A DNA stretch of 63,533 bases from a virus (IMGVR_UViG_3300020430_000014:1-63533); one strand, 5' to 3'; positions 37,396 to 48,513 are shown, counted from the stretch's first letter. The notes: generated by a model not told the origin, from the letters alone. Program-made: numbers and translations.

Positions 37396-38019
37396 ATGCC
37401 AGACCAAGAATTCGTAGATCCTAAAGAACAAATCCAATCTAAAGTTGCAATGCATCAAGACTTTATTATGGTCTGGGATGATGTTGTAGAGCAGGGATTT
37501 TGTGATTGGTTGATCGAATACTTGGAACAAACTGAATATCTCTCACCTCGACGCCAAAATTATCTCTCTGATAAACAAGTCGAGATGCACAACTTCTCTC
37601 CTGGTGAGGCAGACTACCTGTCCTCACTCGTTGGGCAGTGTGCTTTGAATTACATTGATAACTACCCATACCTTAGGTCTTTTCCTTACATGAGCAGTTG
37701 TGTAATGTTGCAAAAGACTGGTCCAAAAGAAGGATATCATGCTTTTCATGCAGAAGATTCTACTTGGAATGCTCAAATGAGAGTTCTAACTTGGATGGTC
37801 TATCTTAATGATGTTGATGAAGGTGGTGAAACAGAATACCTGTATCAACAACTTAAAGTTAAACCTAAAAGAGGTAGAGTAGTTATTTGGCCAGGATCAT
37901 TTACTCATATTCATAGAGGTAATCCTCCTATGAGTGATAAGTATATCGCTACTGGTTGGTTTGCTGGATGCGTAGGACATGAGCAAAAAATATTCTCTCC
38001 TCTCGGTTCCCCATCTTGA
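37396..38019 (+). CDS. 2OG-Fe(II) oxygenase (prolyl 4-hydroxylase-like)
   Basis: GYHAFHAE, YLNDVDEGGET, FTHIHRGNPP, KYIATGW. Confidence 0.88.
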   Translation: MPDQEFVDPKEQIQSKVAMHQDFIMVWDDVVEQGFCDWLIEYLEQTEYLSPRRQNYLSDKQVEMHNFSPGEADYLSSLVGQCALNYIDNYPYLRSFPYMSSCVMLQKTGPKEGYHAFHAEDSTWNAQMRVLTWMVYLNDVDEGGETEYLYQQLKVKPKRGRVVIWPGSFTHIHRGNPPMSDKYIATGWFAGCVGHEQKIFSPLGSPS

Positions 38020-38794
38020 GTGGCATGTGACACACTCATGCAATTTTATGTGTGATGGGTGTGGTCACTATGCTAATGATAGATACAAACAAAATATAAC
38101 TCTAGAAACTCTCAGAGAATGGTATCTCCTTTGGAACAGGAGAATTCGTCCTCGGGAGTTATGCTTATTGGGAGGAGAACCATTTCTCAACAAAGAGATT
38201 ATAGATATAATCTATATGACAAAAGAGGTTTGGGATATACAGGATGATCAAGAATATGAGTTAGTATCTAATGGACTCCTTTTTGATAGAATACCTGGAG
38301 TTGCTAAAGCTTTATTAGATACAAATTGTGTTCTCACTATTACAAAGCACTCTGAAGATGAGAGTTATTTGAAATTATTTGACAAAGCAATAGATAAGAT
38401 AACTTCTTCTGGGGTAAATTTTAGAATTCATGATGCAACTTCTAATTGGTTAAGGTTTTACCATGGATATGGTAGTTCTATAGAACCAATAGATAGTATC
38501 TCATATCAAGACTCATGGGACAATTGTCCAACAGGACAAGAAAACTTTCAATTATTGGACGGTAAAATATATAAATGTGCTCCTTTAGCATATTTACCCT
38601 TACAAAAGCAAAAGTATGGGGATCTTTTATCAGAGAAGTGGGATCCATATTTAAAATATAGACCATTACTACCAACAGATTCTGATCTAGAAGTCTTAGA
38701 GTTTTTTACCAGATCTGCGGAACCTGTTTGCTCTCTCTGCCCCAATAAAAAAATAGAATTCAAAAAAAGCAATCCACTGCATCCACCAAGATGA
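37979..38794 (+). CDS. radical SAM protein with C-terminal Cys cluster
   Basis: CNFMCDGC (CxxxCxxC), LLGGEP, VSNG, C-terminal CSLC. Confidence 0.88.
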   Translation: MSKKYSLLSVPHLEWHVTHSCNFMCDGCGHYANDRYKQNITLETLREWYLLWNRRIRPRELCLLGGEPFLNKEIIDIIYMTKEVWDIQDDQEYELVSNGLLFDRIPGVAKALLDTNCVLTITKHSEDESYLKLFDKAIDKITSSGVNFRIHDATSNWLRFYHGYGSSIEPIDSISYQDSWDNCPTGQENFQLLDGKIYKCAPLAYLPLQKQKYGDLLSEKWDPYLKYRPLLPTDSDLEVLEFFTRSAEPVCSLCPNKKIEFKKSNPLHPPR

Positions 38795-39372
38795 AAATTA
38801 TTGATAACTTATTTGAGAGTAAGACTATAAATGATCTGTCTAAAAGTGTGGATGAGCATGTCAAGAATAATTTATTGTTTGATGATCAGATTAAAGTAAC
38901 CAAATCTATAATTGATTGTCATGGACTTGCTTTATCTAGATCAAAATATTTTCCATACTCTCAAAACTGTTGGAACATATTTTGTTTAAAGGTAAAAAAG
39001 CATGTTGTTGATTATTGCATGGAATATGATGTTGATCCTTTCAATGTAATACCGTACTCATGTTGGTCTGAGAGATCTGTATACAGTCCTGGGGATAATA
39101 CTGTTATGGATGATCCTGACTATGCATATGATTACGATGGTCAAGTTAAAAAGACTTTTATCCGTTCTGTGTATAAATTAAAAGGATCTTTGGGTGTCAA
39201 AGTTGGTGAAGAATGTATACAGTTGAAGCAGAATTCTTTACTTGTTTATAATGGCACTGAAAATAAAAGCTCTAACATATATCCACGCAAAGATGGGGAG
39301 GATAATTTGATATTTGATTGGTATATAAATGATCCTTTTGACGTACCTGATTGGATACTTCCGCTCACGTAA
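38791..39372 (+). CDS. degenerate 2OG oxygenase-like protein
   Basis: Resembles the convergent neighbour (W..F...V..H...YC, NSL/NSM); no metal-binding His motif seen. Confidence 0.5.
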   Translation: MKIIDNLFESKTINDLSKSVDEHVKNNLLFDDQIKVTKSIIDCHGLALSRSKYFPYSQNCWNIFCLKVKKHVVDYCMEYDVDPFNVIPYSCWSERSVYSPGDNTVMDDPDYAYDYDGQVKKTFIRSVYKLKGSLGVKVGEECIQLKQNSLLVYNGTENKSSNIYPRKDGEDNLIFDWYINDPFDVPDWILPLT

Positions 39373-39991
39373 AGCAGCAATCAACTACGATAGTTATTCT
39401 TGGATAAGTTTCTACTATATCTAAAGTCGGATATAGTGCAGTATGATATAGTTCTGGATTGAATATCATCATACTGTTCTCTTCACCATTATTATTAAAA
39501 ACTTTTTTATCTGTCAACTGTACGATTGTTCCATACTTTGGATCTGGATTTTTTAAGTAATACACAACTCCGATTGGATTATCGGTATGTGAGTGCATAT
39601 TGCCAAAGGTACTGTGGTTGTTTAATCTTGCCCTTAATTGGTTTTTAGTATGAGTTCCTTCAAACTCTATGTCTGCAACTCTTGTGATCCAAGTCGAATG
39701 TAATTTTATTGTCTCTGGGTCCATACCCACAACTTGACAATATTTTGCAATGTGCCTTCTGACTTCAGAATAGAACATTTTCCATAGACTATCCGAAGTA
39801 AACTCTTCATACGAGAAGAGAGAACTTGTTGATTCTGGTGGATATACCTCTTGCGTAACTGGTTTTCTAGTTTTCTCTAACCATCTTACGGCAGAAGAAT
39901 ATAGTTCTGGAAGAGCCGCGTCAGGAACTACATCAAATGCTTTATAGAAATAATGATCCTCGTGCTTTTTGACTTGAATCTTCCTATTCAT
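39365..39991 (-). CDS. 2OG-Fe(II) oxygenase-like protein
   Basis: MHSH..IGVVYYL, FNPELYH, RITI. Confidence 0.7.
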   Translation of the reverse strand: MNRKIQVKKHEDHYFYKAFDVVPDAALPELYSSAVRWLEKTRKPVTQEVYPPESTSSLFSYEEFTSDSLWKMFYSEVRRHIAKYCQVVGMDPETIKLHSTWITRVADIEFEGTHTKNQLRARLNNHSTFGNMHSHTDNPIGVVYYLKNPDPKYGTIVQLTDKKVFNNNGEENSMMIFNPELYHTALYPTLDIVETYPRITIVVDCCFT

Positions 39992-40063
39992 TTCACTGGT
40001 TGCATGCTGTGGTAGTATTTATTAGGTGTTCGTGCTATACTGAAAACCTATAATACCCAACTT

Positions 40064-41071
40064 ATGAAGACCGCACTTATAACGGGCATTACTGGACAAG
40101 ATGGATCGTATCTTGCAGAACTGCTCATCGAGAAAGGATATATGGTACATGGGATTGTCCGACGATCATCCCTAATTAATACCCATCGTATTGATCATAT
40201 TTTTGATCACCCTCAGATGAAACTTCATTATGGTGATCTCACTGATGCTGGCAATCTGATTCATGTAATTCAGAAATGTAAACCAGATGAGATCTATAAC
40301 CTTGCTGCTCAGAGTCATGTGAAGGTGTCGTTTGAACTTCCTGAGTACACTGGTAATGTTGATGGACTGGGAACTCTCCGCATTCTTGAAGCAGTTCGTA
40401 TCTTGGAGATGGAAGACAAGGTTCGTATCTATCAGGCATCTACTTCAGAACTATACGGACTTGTTCAAGAAGTCCCTCAGAAGGAGACTACTCCCTTCTA
40501 TCCACGCTCTCCTTACGGTGTAGCAAAACTCTATGCATACTGGATCACAAAAAACTATCGTGAATCCTATGGTATGTTTGCTTGTACAGGTATCCTGTTT
40601 AACCATGAATCTCCTCGTAGAGGGGAGACTTTTGTGACCAGGAAGATTACTAGGGGTCTATCTAAGATTAGTTGTGGTCTTCAGGATGTTTTGTATCTGG
40701 GCAACTTGAATGCAAAACGTGATTGGGGTCATGCTAAAGACTATGCTGAAGCGATGTGGTTGATGCTTCAGCAAGAAACTCCAGAGGACTATGTTATTGC
40801 AACGGGTCAACAGTATTCTGTCAGAGCTTTTGTAGAGAAGTCTGCTCAATACTTTGGTATGGATATCGAATGGCAAGGAGAGGGATTAGAAGAGGTTGGA
40901 ATTGATAAGAATACTGGAAGGGTGGTCATTAGGGTGAGTGATAAATACTTCCGCCCAGCAGAAGTTGAGTCTCTTTTGGGAGATGCAACAAAAGCAAAAG
41001 AGCAACTAGGTTGGGAACCTAAAATTTCGTTTGATGAACTCGTTGAGGACATGTGTATCTATGGACAGTGA
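40064..41071 (+). CDS. gmd: GDP-mannose 4,6-dehydratase
   Basis: [36 protein letters not shown]. Confidence 0.97.
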   Translation: MKTALITGITGQDGSYLAELLIEKGYMVHGIVRRSSLINTHRIDHIFDHPQMKLHYGDLTDAGNLIHVIQKCKPDEIYNLAAQSHVKVSFELPEYTGNVDGLGTLRILEAVRILEMEDKVRIYQASTSELYGLVQEVPQKETTPFYPRSPYGVAKLYAYWITKNYRESYGMFACTGILFNHESPRRGETFVTRKITRGLSKISCGLQDVLYLGNLNAKRDWGHAKDYAEAMWLMLQQETPEDYVIATGQQYSVRAFVEKSAQYFGMDIEWQGEGLEEVGIDKNTGRVVIRVSDKYFRPAEVESLLGDATKAKEQLGWEPKISFDELVEDMCIYGQ

Positions 41072-41996
41072 TTCTAGAATCTTGGTTGCTGGTGCCAACG
41101 GTTTAGTTGGATCAGCAATAGTGAGGTGTCTGAAGGATAAAGGACACTCATTTGTTATTGAAGCAACTCGTAGACAAGTTGATTTTACAGATCAAGTTCA
41201 AACTGAATCGTATTTTGGTTCTGTAAGACCTGAATATGTTTTTGTTGCAGCTGCCAAAGTTGGCGGCATTATGGCAAACAAAACATTACCAGCAGATTTT
41301 ATTTACAAGAACTTGATGATTCAAACCAACATCATCAATTGTGCTCATGGATATGGAACTAAAAAATTAGTATTCCTTGGGTCTTCTTGCATTTATCCAA
41401 AGCACGCTAACATTCCTATTACGGAAGATCAGTTGATGACTGGTCCATTAGAACCCACTAATGATGCGTATGCCGTTGCAAAGATTGCTGGCATCAAGAT
41501 GTGTCAAGCATATCGCCATCAACATGGGTTTGATGCTATCTCTCTTCAACCAACTAATCTGTATGGTGTTGGAGATAACTTTGATCCTCTGTCGAGTCAT
41601 GTTATTCCTGGAATTATGCGTAGGATGCATGAAGCAAAACTAAATGGTGATGAACAGTTCTGGTGTTGGGGTGATGGATCTCCTTTGAGAGAGTTCCTTT
41701 ACATTGATGATATGGCAGAAGCGTGCTATGCTTGTATGCAGAATTATAGTGATTCTGAAATCATTAACATTGGCACTGGATATGACATCTCAATTAAAGA
41801 GTTGACAGAAGTTATTGCTGAGGTTATTGGATATAGTGGTGAAATTTATTGGGATACTTCCAAACCAAATGGAACCCCTAGGAAGGTTATGAATGTAGAT
41901 AAACTACTTGGTCTTGGGTGGAAACCTAAAGTTGATATTGTAGAGGGATTGACTAAAACTTACGAATGGTTTAAAGAGAATTATGATCGGATTTAA
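41061..41996 (+). CDS. fcl: GDP-L-fucose synthase
   Basis: [33 protein letters not shown]. Confidence 0.95.
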   Translation: MDSDSRILVAGANGLVGSAIVRCLKDKGHSFVIEATRRQVDFTDQVQTESYFGSVRPEYVFVAAAKVGGIMANKTLPADFIYKNLMIQTNIINCAHGYGTKKLVFLGSSCIYPKHANIPITEDQLMTGPLEPTNDAYAVAKIAGIKMCQAYRHQHGFDAISLQPTNLYGVGDNFDPLSSHVIPGIMRRMHEAKLNGDEQFWCWGDGSPLREFLYIDDMAEACYACMQNYSDSEIINIGTGYDISIKELTEVIAEVIGYSGEIYWDTSKPNGTPRKVMNVDKLLGLGWKPKVDIVEGLTKTYEWFKENYDRI

Positions 41997-42786
41997 TGCG
42001 TTAGGGCAACTAGGTAGACTTGGTAATCAAATGTTCCAGTATGCATCTCTTCGTGGGATTGCTGCAAAGAATGGATACAACTTTATGATTCCTCCTCCAG
42101 CAGAGTCATACGAGAAGATGGATGAGTGGAGAGACCACCAAATCTTCTATCCCTTTACTATGGAGACAATTAACAATCTGAATGTTCAACATACTGATGG
42201 TGAACGCCCAGTTGTAAGTGAGAAGAGTTTTGGATTCGATGAAGATCTGTATAATAATTGCCCTAAGTGGGTAGATGTTAGGGGTTATCTTCAATCAGAG
42301 AAGTACTTCAAAGAAATTGAAGATGTCATTCGTAAAGACTTTACATTTAAACCACAGTTCCTTAGACCTAGTAGATCCATGATTGGATCTTTTGAAGATC
42401 CTGTATCCCTTCATATTAGACGGACAGATTATCTCACTCTGTCACACCATCACAATAATCTTGGATTGGATTACTATGAGGAGGCACTGACTCACTTTGA
42501 TGAAGATAGAAATGTTGTCATCTTTAGTGATGATCCTGAGTGGTGTAAAGAGCAGAGTCTGTTTGAGAGTGATAGATTCTTGGTTGCTGAAGGTAATATA
42601 AATTATACTGATCTGTGCTTGATGAGTCTCTGTAAAGCACATATCATTGCTAACTCTTCATTCTCTTGGTGGGGTGCATGGTTAGCAGAGAGCGAGAAGG
42701 TTATCGCTCCTAGTAAGTGGTTTGGTCCAGATAATAAGCATCTGGATACTACTGATCTTTATTGTGAAGGATGGATTGTGATCTGA
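41983..42786 (+). CDS. alpha-1,2-fucosyltransferase (GT11)
   Basis: GRLGNQMFQYA, SLHIRRTDY, IIANSSFSWWGAWL. Confidence 0.92.
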   Translation: MIGFNALGQLGRLGNQMFQYASLRGIAAKNGYNFMIPPPAESYEKMDEWRDHQIFYPFTMETINNLNVQHTDGERPVVSEKSFGFDEDLYNNCPKWVDVRGYLQSEKYFKEIEDVIRKDFTFKPQFLRPSRSMIGSFEDPVSLHIRRTDYLTLSHHHNNLGLDYYEEALTHFDEDRNVVIFSDDPEWCKEQSLFESDRFLVAEGNINYTDLCLMSLCKAHIIANSSFSWWGAWLAESEKVIAPSKWFGPDNKHLDTTDLYCEGWIVI

Positions 42787-43505
42787 TGAAAGTTGCTGTA
42801 ATTTTTATTGGCACTGAGAAGTACCTAAACTTCCTGCCAAGTTGGTATGAGAGTTGTGAGAAGTTCCTTCTTCCTGGAGTTGAGAAGAAGTATGCCATCT
42901 TTACTGATGGTGAGATTCCTGAAGCACCTGACAATGCTGTCATCTATAAGCAAGAGCATCTGGAATGGCCATACATTACTTTGTATCGCTTCAAGATGAT
43001 TCGTAGATGCTTTGAAGATATTAAAGATTGTGATTGGTTACTCTTCCTTGACGCTGATATGCGTGTGGTTGATACAGTAATTCCAGAAGATCTGTTTGAT
43101 GATACTAAGAAGTACATTGGTGTTCATCATCCATGTCATTATCTTGACTTCCCTCCTCATAATAATGTTCCAGGTGCGTTTGATGTCACACCTCTCTCTA
43201 GAGCATGTGTAGCAGAAGATGATGATCTGTCTATTTACGTGCAGGGTTGCCTTTGGGGTGGTAAAATGCCATATGTTATGGAGATGATTGAAGAACTCGA
43301 TAACAGAACCACTGAAGATGAATCAAACAATGTCATTGCTACCTGGCATGACGAGAGTCATCTCAATAAGTTCTACTTGGAGCGTAGAGATGAAGTATTC
43401 GTTGCTTCTCCTTCTCTTGCGTTCCCTGAATTGTTTGAACAGCAGTGTACGTTCGACGCAAAAATTGTTCACCTAGCAAAGGATAATAGTAAGTATCATG
43501 TCTAA
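42786..43505 (+). CDS. glycosyltransferase family 6
   Basis: FIGTEKY, WPYITLYRF, DAD, WHDESHLNK. Confidence 0.9.
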   Translation: MKVAVIFIGTEKYLNFLPSWYESCEKFLLPGVEKKYAIFTDGEIPEAPDNAVIYKQEHLEWPYITLYRFKMIRRCFEDIKDCDWLLFLDADMRVVDTVIPEDLFDDTKKYIGVHHPCHYLDFPPHNNVPGAFDVTPLSRACVAEDDDLSIYVQGCLWGGKMPYVMEMIEELDNRTTEDESNNVIATWHDESHLNKFYLERRDEVFVASPSLAFPELFEQQCTFDAKIVHLAKDNSKYHV

Positions 43506-44202
43506 GGTCGCTATGATCTATTCAGGTCAACCCAGGCACCTGAAAGAATGTTTTGAGAATCATCGGTCCATGTTTTGGGATGCAAATCCTGATACAGAGA
43601 TCGATGTATTCGCACATATATGGTATGATGAAGCATGGGTAGGATCATACTTTTGGGATCAGTATAAAGATCGTGGACGCTGGGAAGCAGATCTTAAAGA
43701 CTTTATGGTCGATAAGTGGCAACCTAAGGGTCTTGTTTTTGAAGAACCCAAACAGTTTGATGCTGAGGATATTCATCCTGATCCTAGATTCCCTCATCCT
43801 GTGAACAATATTATCTCTATGTTCTACAGTGTGAGTGAAGCAAACAACCTCAAGAAAAAATACGAGGAAGAAAATGGTTTTAAGTATGATTGTGTTGTTC
43901 GACTACGAACTGATGAATACTTTTATACACCAATTGGGTCACTTGACAACTACGATTTAAACACCGTAAATGTCCTTAATGAGTGGGCGCATGTAGAGCA
44001 TGGTATTAATGACCACTTTGCATTCGGGTCCTCTGAACTTATGGATAAATATCTCGACGTATTTGAAAACTTCGTTGAGATTTGTGAGATGGGTGCAGAG
44101 ATTAACCCTGAGTGTATCATTGGGTTCAATGCTCAAAAGAGACACAAACTTCCCATCACTAAGAATCCCTGGCACTATGTTCTTTGGAGAGACAAAAAAT
44201 AA
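43498..44202 (+). CDS. glycan-cluster hypothetical protein (GT-like)
   Basis: KVAMIYSGQPR, YDCVVRLRTD, NDHFAFG. Confidence 0.7.
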   Translation: MSKVAMIYSGQPRHLKECFENHRSMFWDANPDTEIDVFAHIWYDEAWVGSYFWDQYKDRGRWEADLKDFMVDKWQPKGLVFEEPKQFDAEDIHPDPRFPHPVNNIISMFYSVSEANNLKKKYEEENGFKYDCVVRLRTDEYFYTPIGSLDNYDLNTVNVLNEWAHVEHGINDHFAFGSSELMDKYLDVFENFVEICEMGAEINPECIIGFNAQKRHKLPITKNPWHYVLWRDKK

Positions 44203-45578
44203 TGACAACTAAACTTGTTATCTTTGATTTGGATGGCGTCCTTATCGACAGTAAAGATTATCATTACGATGCCCTGAACCAAGCACTTGGTTCTGAATAT
44301 GCAATCAGTAGGGAGGATCATGTCAGTATCTATGATGGTCTTCCTACCAAAGCTAAGTTAGAACTTCTCACTAAGAATAAAGGTCTTCCTGTAGATCAGT
44401 ACGAAAAGATCTGGAGAGACAAGCAAGAAGCAACCCTCAAGATCTTTAATGAGTGTGTTGCTAAGGATTATGAACTGATGGGATACTTCCAACAGTTGGT
44501 AGACAGTGGATATAAGATTGCTGTTGCTTCAAACAGTATTCGTAACACGGTCAAGATCATTCTTCTTCGTCTGGGACTTCTTGAGTTTGTGGACATGTAC
44601 GTCTCTAATGAAGACGTTGTTCGCAACAAACCCTTCCCAGCAATGTATTGGAAGTGTATGACTGCACTAGGTGCTCTTCCTAATGATACTGTCATCATTG
44701 AAGATAGTCATATTGGTCGTCAGGGTGCCCTGGACAGCAAATGTCATCTTGTTCCTGTAGAGGATCGTAAGGATCTTAATCAGAGTAAGATTGATCGAAT
44801 TAAAAAAATTCTAAATGGAGTTAAGAAAAAAGTGGCGTGGGAGAGCAAGACTATGAATGTACTTATTCCTATGGCAGGTCGCGGTAGTCGATTTGCAACT
44901 CAAGGATATACCTTCCCCAAACCTCTGATTGAGGTTAAGGGTAAACCAATGATTCAAGTGGTTACTGAGAATCTGAATATTAAAGCTAACTATACTTTTA
45001 TTGTACAGAAGGAGCACTATGAGCAGTATAATCTTAATTACCTACTTCCTCTTATTGCTCCTGGATGTAACATTGTTCAGGTGGACGGAATCACTGAGGG
45101 TGCCTGCTGTACAACCCTCCTTGCAAAGGAGTTCATCAACAACGATGAACCGCTCGTGATGGCAAACTCTGACCAGTTTGTTGAGTGGGACTCTAACGAG
45201 ACTCTTTATGCCTTCCAGAATGGCGATGCTGATGGTGGTATTGTTACCTTCCCTGCAACTCACCCTAAGTGGTCTTATGCCAAACTGGGAGAGGATGGAT
45301 ACGTTGCTGAGGTTGCTGAGAAGAAACCTATCTCTGAGCACGCTACTGTTGGTATCTACTACTGGAAGAAGGGATCTGACTATGTGAAGTATGCAGAGCA
45401 GATGATTGAGAAAGATATTCGTGTCAATAACGAATACTATGTCTGCCCTGTATTCAATGAAGCAATTGGTGATGGTAAAAAAATCCGTATCAAAGAGATT
45501 GACAAAGCAGGTATGTGGGGTATCGGAACTCCTGAGGACCTGAACTACTTCCTTGAGCATTACGAAGGTGAGGTCTGA
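44202..45578 (+). CDS. HAD phosphatase / nucleotidyltransferase fusion
   Basis: FDLDGVL, KPFP, IEDS; then IPMAGRGSRF...PKPL, GIGTPEDL. Confidence 0.88.
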   Translation: MTTKLVIFDLDGVLIDSKDYHYDALNQALGSEYAISREDHVSIYDGLPTKAKLELLTKNKGLPVDQYEKIWRDKQEATLKIFNECVAKDYELMGYFQQLVDSGYKIAVASNSIRNTVKIILLRLGLLEFVDMYVSNEDVVRNKPFPAMYWKCMTALGALPNDTVIIEDSHIGRQGALDSKCHLVPVEDRKDLNQSKIDRIKKILNGVKKKVAWESKTMNVLIPMAGRGSRFATQGYTFPKPLIEVKGKPMIQVVTENLNIKANYTFIVQKEHYEQYNLNYLLPLIAPGCNIVQVDGITEGACCTTLLAKEFINNDEPLVMANSDQFVEWDSNETLYAFQNGDADGGIVTFPATHPKWSYAKLGEDGYVAEVAEKKPISEHATVGIYYWKKGSDYVKYAEQMIEKDIRVNNEYYVCPVFNEAIGDGKKIRIKEIDKAGMWGIGTPEDLNYFLEHYEGEV

Positions 45579-46306
45579 TGAAAGTAGCACTAGCATTTTT
45601 TGGTCAACCTAGATTTGTTGACAATCAACAGATCATTGACACTTATAAGCAAGTCATCCTTGATAGGTATGACACTGATGTCTTCGGGCATATGTGGTGG
45701 CAAGAAGAGACAGAAGGGGAGTATGATTACTCTTCTTGGTCAAAGATTGCAAAGTGTCCTATTCCAAAGGATGCTCCTAAGATCATTGCGGATAACTATT
45801 CCCCAATCATTATGGGTATAGAAGATCCAAAAACTTTTGAATTACCTCCCAACGCACTTAAGTACGTTGACGAGAGATACACTGGTAAGCATCCTGATGG
45901 TCCACATTGGAATCACAAGAATTACAGTAATGTGATGTCCCAGTTGTTTTCTATCAAGTCTGTTGCTAATATTGTAAAGTCTTATGCGGAAGAGACTAAT
46001 ACTAGTTACGACTTTATTGTCCTTGCTAGGTATGATACTGTCCTGATGAGATTCCCTGATCTCAATACTTGTGACAAGTATAAGTTCTATCTCCCTGGAC
46101 ATCACCCCAGATTCCCTGATACTATTCAGTTCTTTGGACCTAAGTATCTCACATGGGCACTAAATGCCTTTGATGATGTTGATCATGTCTACGAGGGGAT
46201 CTGGGAACCTTCCCCAGAAGCATTCAAAATGGGTGCATTCTTGCGTAGGTTTAGTCAATCTGACCTCGCCCCCTGTCCTATGGATGCCGCTTGCATCAGA
46301 AGCTAA
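45578..46306 (+). CDS. glycan-cluster hypothetical protein, paralog of 43498
   Basis: KVALAFFGQPR, YDFIVLARYD. Confidence 0.7.
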   Translation: MKVALAFFGQPRFVDNQQIIDTYKQVILDRYDTDVFGHMWWQEETEGEYDYSSWSKIAKCPIPKDAPKIIADNYSPIIMGIEDPKTFELPPNALKYVDERYTGKHPDGPHWNHKNYSNVMSQLFSIKSVANIVKSYAEETNTSYDFIVLARYDTVLMRFPDLNTCDKYKFYLPGHHPRFPDTIQFFGPKYLTWALNAFDDVDHVYEGIWEPSPEAFKMGAFLRRFSQSDLAPCPMDAACIRS

Positions 46307-46764
46307 TGAAACTAATCGCACATCGTGCCAATATTGACGGTCCAGATGAATCTACCGCAAACGAACCAAAACAAATTGACAAATGTATCGAAGAAGGGTA
46401 TGATGTCGAAATTGATGTTCGTTATGATCCAAAAACAGAACGTCTTTGGTTAGGTCATGATGAACCTAAGCACGCTGTAACCTGGTGGTGGTTAGCAGGT
46501 AGAGCTCCTCACCTGTGGATTCATTGTAAAGATATCACTACCATGTTCGCTTTTTCTGATGGAACAAGTGGATATAATTATTTTTGGCATCAAGAGGATG
46601 ATTTTACTTTAACCAGTAAGCATTTTATCTGGACGTATCCAGGTAAACCATATACAAGTAAGAGTGTTATTGTTATGCCAGAGTGGAACAAACCAAACTG
46701 GGATGAACTTAGAGTCACTAATTGTTATGGTATTTGTACAGATTTCCCAGCAAAATTAAAATGA
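46306..46764 (+). CDS. glycerophosphodiester phosphodiesterase-like protein
   Basis: IAHRAN, VEIDV, LGHD, GICTD. Confidence 0.78.
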   Translation: MKLIAHRANIDGPDESTANEPKQIDKCIEEGYDVEIDVRYDPKTERLWLGHDEPKHAVTWWWLAGRAPHLWIHCKDITTMFAFSDGTSGYNYFWHQEDDFTLTSKHFIWTYPGKPYTSKSVIVMPEWNKPNWDELRVTNCYGICTDFPAKLK

Positions 46765-47711
46765 AGATTACATTAGTAGGACCTGGAATCATGCCGATTC
46801 CCCCAACTGCATGGGGTGCTGTAGAGATTCTTGTATGGGACACGAAGAATGCTCTCGAAGAGTTGGGACATGAAGTCCAGATCATTAACACCAAAGATTA
46901 TCGTAGGATAATCAATGGCATTAATGCTTTTGTCCCTGACTTTGTGCATGTGCATTATGATGAGTTTATTCCCATCATGCCATTCATTCAGTATCCAGCA
47001 GCGATTACAAGTCACTTTGGATATTTGGAACGCAGAGAGATGTTCAATGGTTATATTAATGTTGCCAATGAATTTCAAAAACTGAAACCAAATGTCTTCT
47101 GTTTATCTGAAGGTATTCAAAAAGTTTATAACGTCATGTTTGACGTTCCTAGAGAGAATACTTATGTCACTCCTAATGGGGTGAATCTAGATCGCTTTAG
47201 GAGATCTATGGATCCTGAACATCCAGATCGTAGCCTGTATCTTGCAAAGATTGATTATCGTAAGCGTCAGCATTTGTTCCAAAGCATTGATAGTCTTTGG
47301 TATGCTGGTAACCTTGCAGATAATAGATTCGATACTGATAAGAACTATCTCGGTGAGTGGTCTAAGGAGACTCTCTACGAGGAGTTAACTGACTATGGTA
47401 ACCTTGTTCTCTTGTCTGATGGTGAGGCACATCCTCTGGTTTGTATGGAGGCACTAGCAGCGGGTCTGGGTGTAGTTGTTTGCCAGTGGGGAGCAGCAAA
47501 CCTTGATCTAGATAAAGATTTTATTACTGTCATTCCTGAAGATAAGATCAATGATCTTGAGTTTGTAGAGAATGCTATAATTAAGAACAGAGAATACTCT
47601 GTTAAAAATAGAGAAGAAATCATTCAATATTCCAAGCAGTTTGAATGGAAGGAAGTTATCCGCAATCATTACATCCCTAGCGTAGAGAAGGTAATTGAAC
47701 GTCATGCATAG
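46761..47711 (+). CDS. GT-B glycosyltransferase (GT4-like)
   Basis: PIPPTAWGAVE, PNGV, EAHPLVCMEALAAG. Confidence 0.85.
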   Translation: MKITLVGPGIMPIPPTAWGAVEILVWDTKNALEELGHEVQIINTKDYRRIINGINAFVPDFVHVHYDEFIPIMPFIQYPAAITSHFGYLERREMFNGYINVANEFQKLKPNVFCLSEGIQKVYNVMFDVPRENTYVTPNGVNLDRFRRSMDPEHPDRSLYLAKIDYRKRQHLFQSIDSLWYAGNLADNRFDTDKNYLGEWSKETLYEELTDYGNLVLLSDGEAHPLVCMEALAAGLGVVVCQWGAANLDLDKDFITVIPEDKINDLEFVENAIIKNREYSVKNREEIIQYSKQFEWKEVIRNHYIPSVEKVIERHA

Positions 47712-48513
47712 TCCTGCTGTAGTAGATAAAAACAAGTCTGCATATAAACTGGCTAACTTTGGACCAGTTTATTATCTGAACATGGATGCAGATGAGAATC
47801 GTAAGGGTTACATGGAAGAGCAGTTTGCTCATTGGGGTGTAACCAATTATGAACGTGTGTCTGCTTATGATGGTCGTGACGATGATCTGAGTGACATTCT
47901 TAAGGGACGCTATCCTGATCAGATGTCTTCTGGTGAAGTGGGATGTATCACGTCCCATCTAAAAGCAATCAAGCACTGGTACGAGACATCTGATAGTCCC
48001 TATGCTATAATCATGGAAGATGATTGCAATCTAGACACTGCTCACTTCTGGAACTTCTCTTGGAGTGACTTTGTTGCTCATCTCCCATATGACTGGGATG
48101 TTGTACAGGTTGCTATTATCCAAACTGGCGATGTACATATCAAGTTGCATCGTAGGTTTGTAAATGACTTCTCAACCGCCTGCTATATGATTACCAGGCA
48201 TCATGCTGAGAAGTTGATCAAACACCATGTCAAAGGTCCAGACAAATATCGTTTGGATAATGGTGTCAAACCTCGCCCTGTTGCAGATGATCTCATCTAC
48301 AATTCGGGTAACACTTATTCTATCCCTCTGCTTCTTTATCGACTTCAACTGGGATCTTCTATTCATCCCGAACACGTTGATGCCTTCCATAAAGTCAATC
48401 ATGATGGTATAATGAACTGGTGGACTCAGATGGGTGCCTCGATGGATGTCAAAGCATTGACAGACTTCGATCCTTATCTGGGTAAGGTAAGTAACCCTTC
48501 TCAACCGCAGTAG
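47704..48513 (+). CDS. glycosyltransferase family 25
   Basis: YLNMD, GEVGCITSHL, IMEDD, LPYDWDVVQ. Confidence 0.88.
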   Translation: MHSPAVVDKNKSAYKLANFGPVYYLNMDADENRKGYMEEQFAHWGVTNYERVSAYDGRDDDLSDILKGRYPDQMSSGEVGCITSHLKAIKHWYETSDSPYAIIMEDDCNLDTAHFWNFSWSDFVAHLPYDWDVVQVAIIQTGDVHIKLHRRFVNDFSTACYMITRHHAEKLIKHHVKGPDKYRLDNGVKPRPVADDLIYNSGNTYSIPLLLYRLQLGSSIHPEHVDAFHKVNHDGIMNWWTQMGASMDVKALTDFDPYLGKVSNPSQPQ

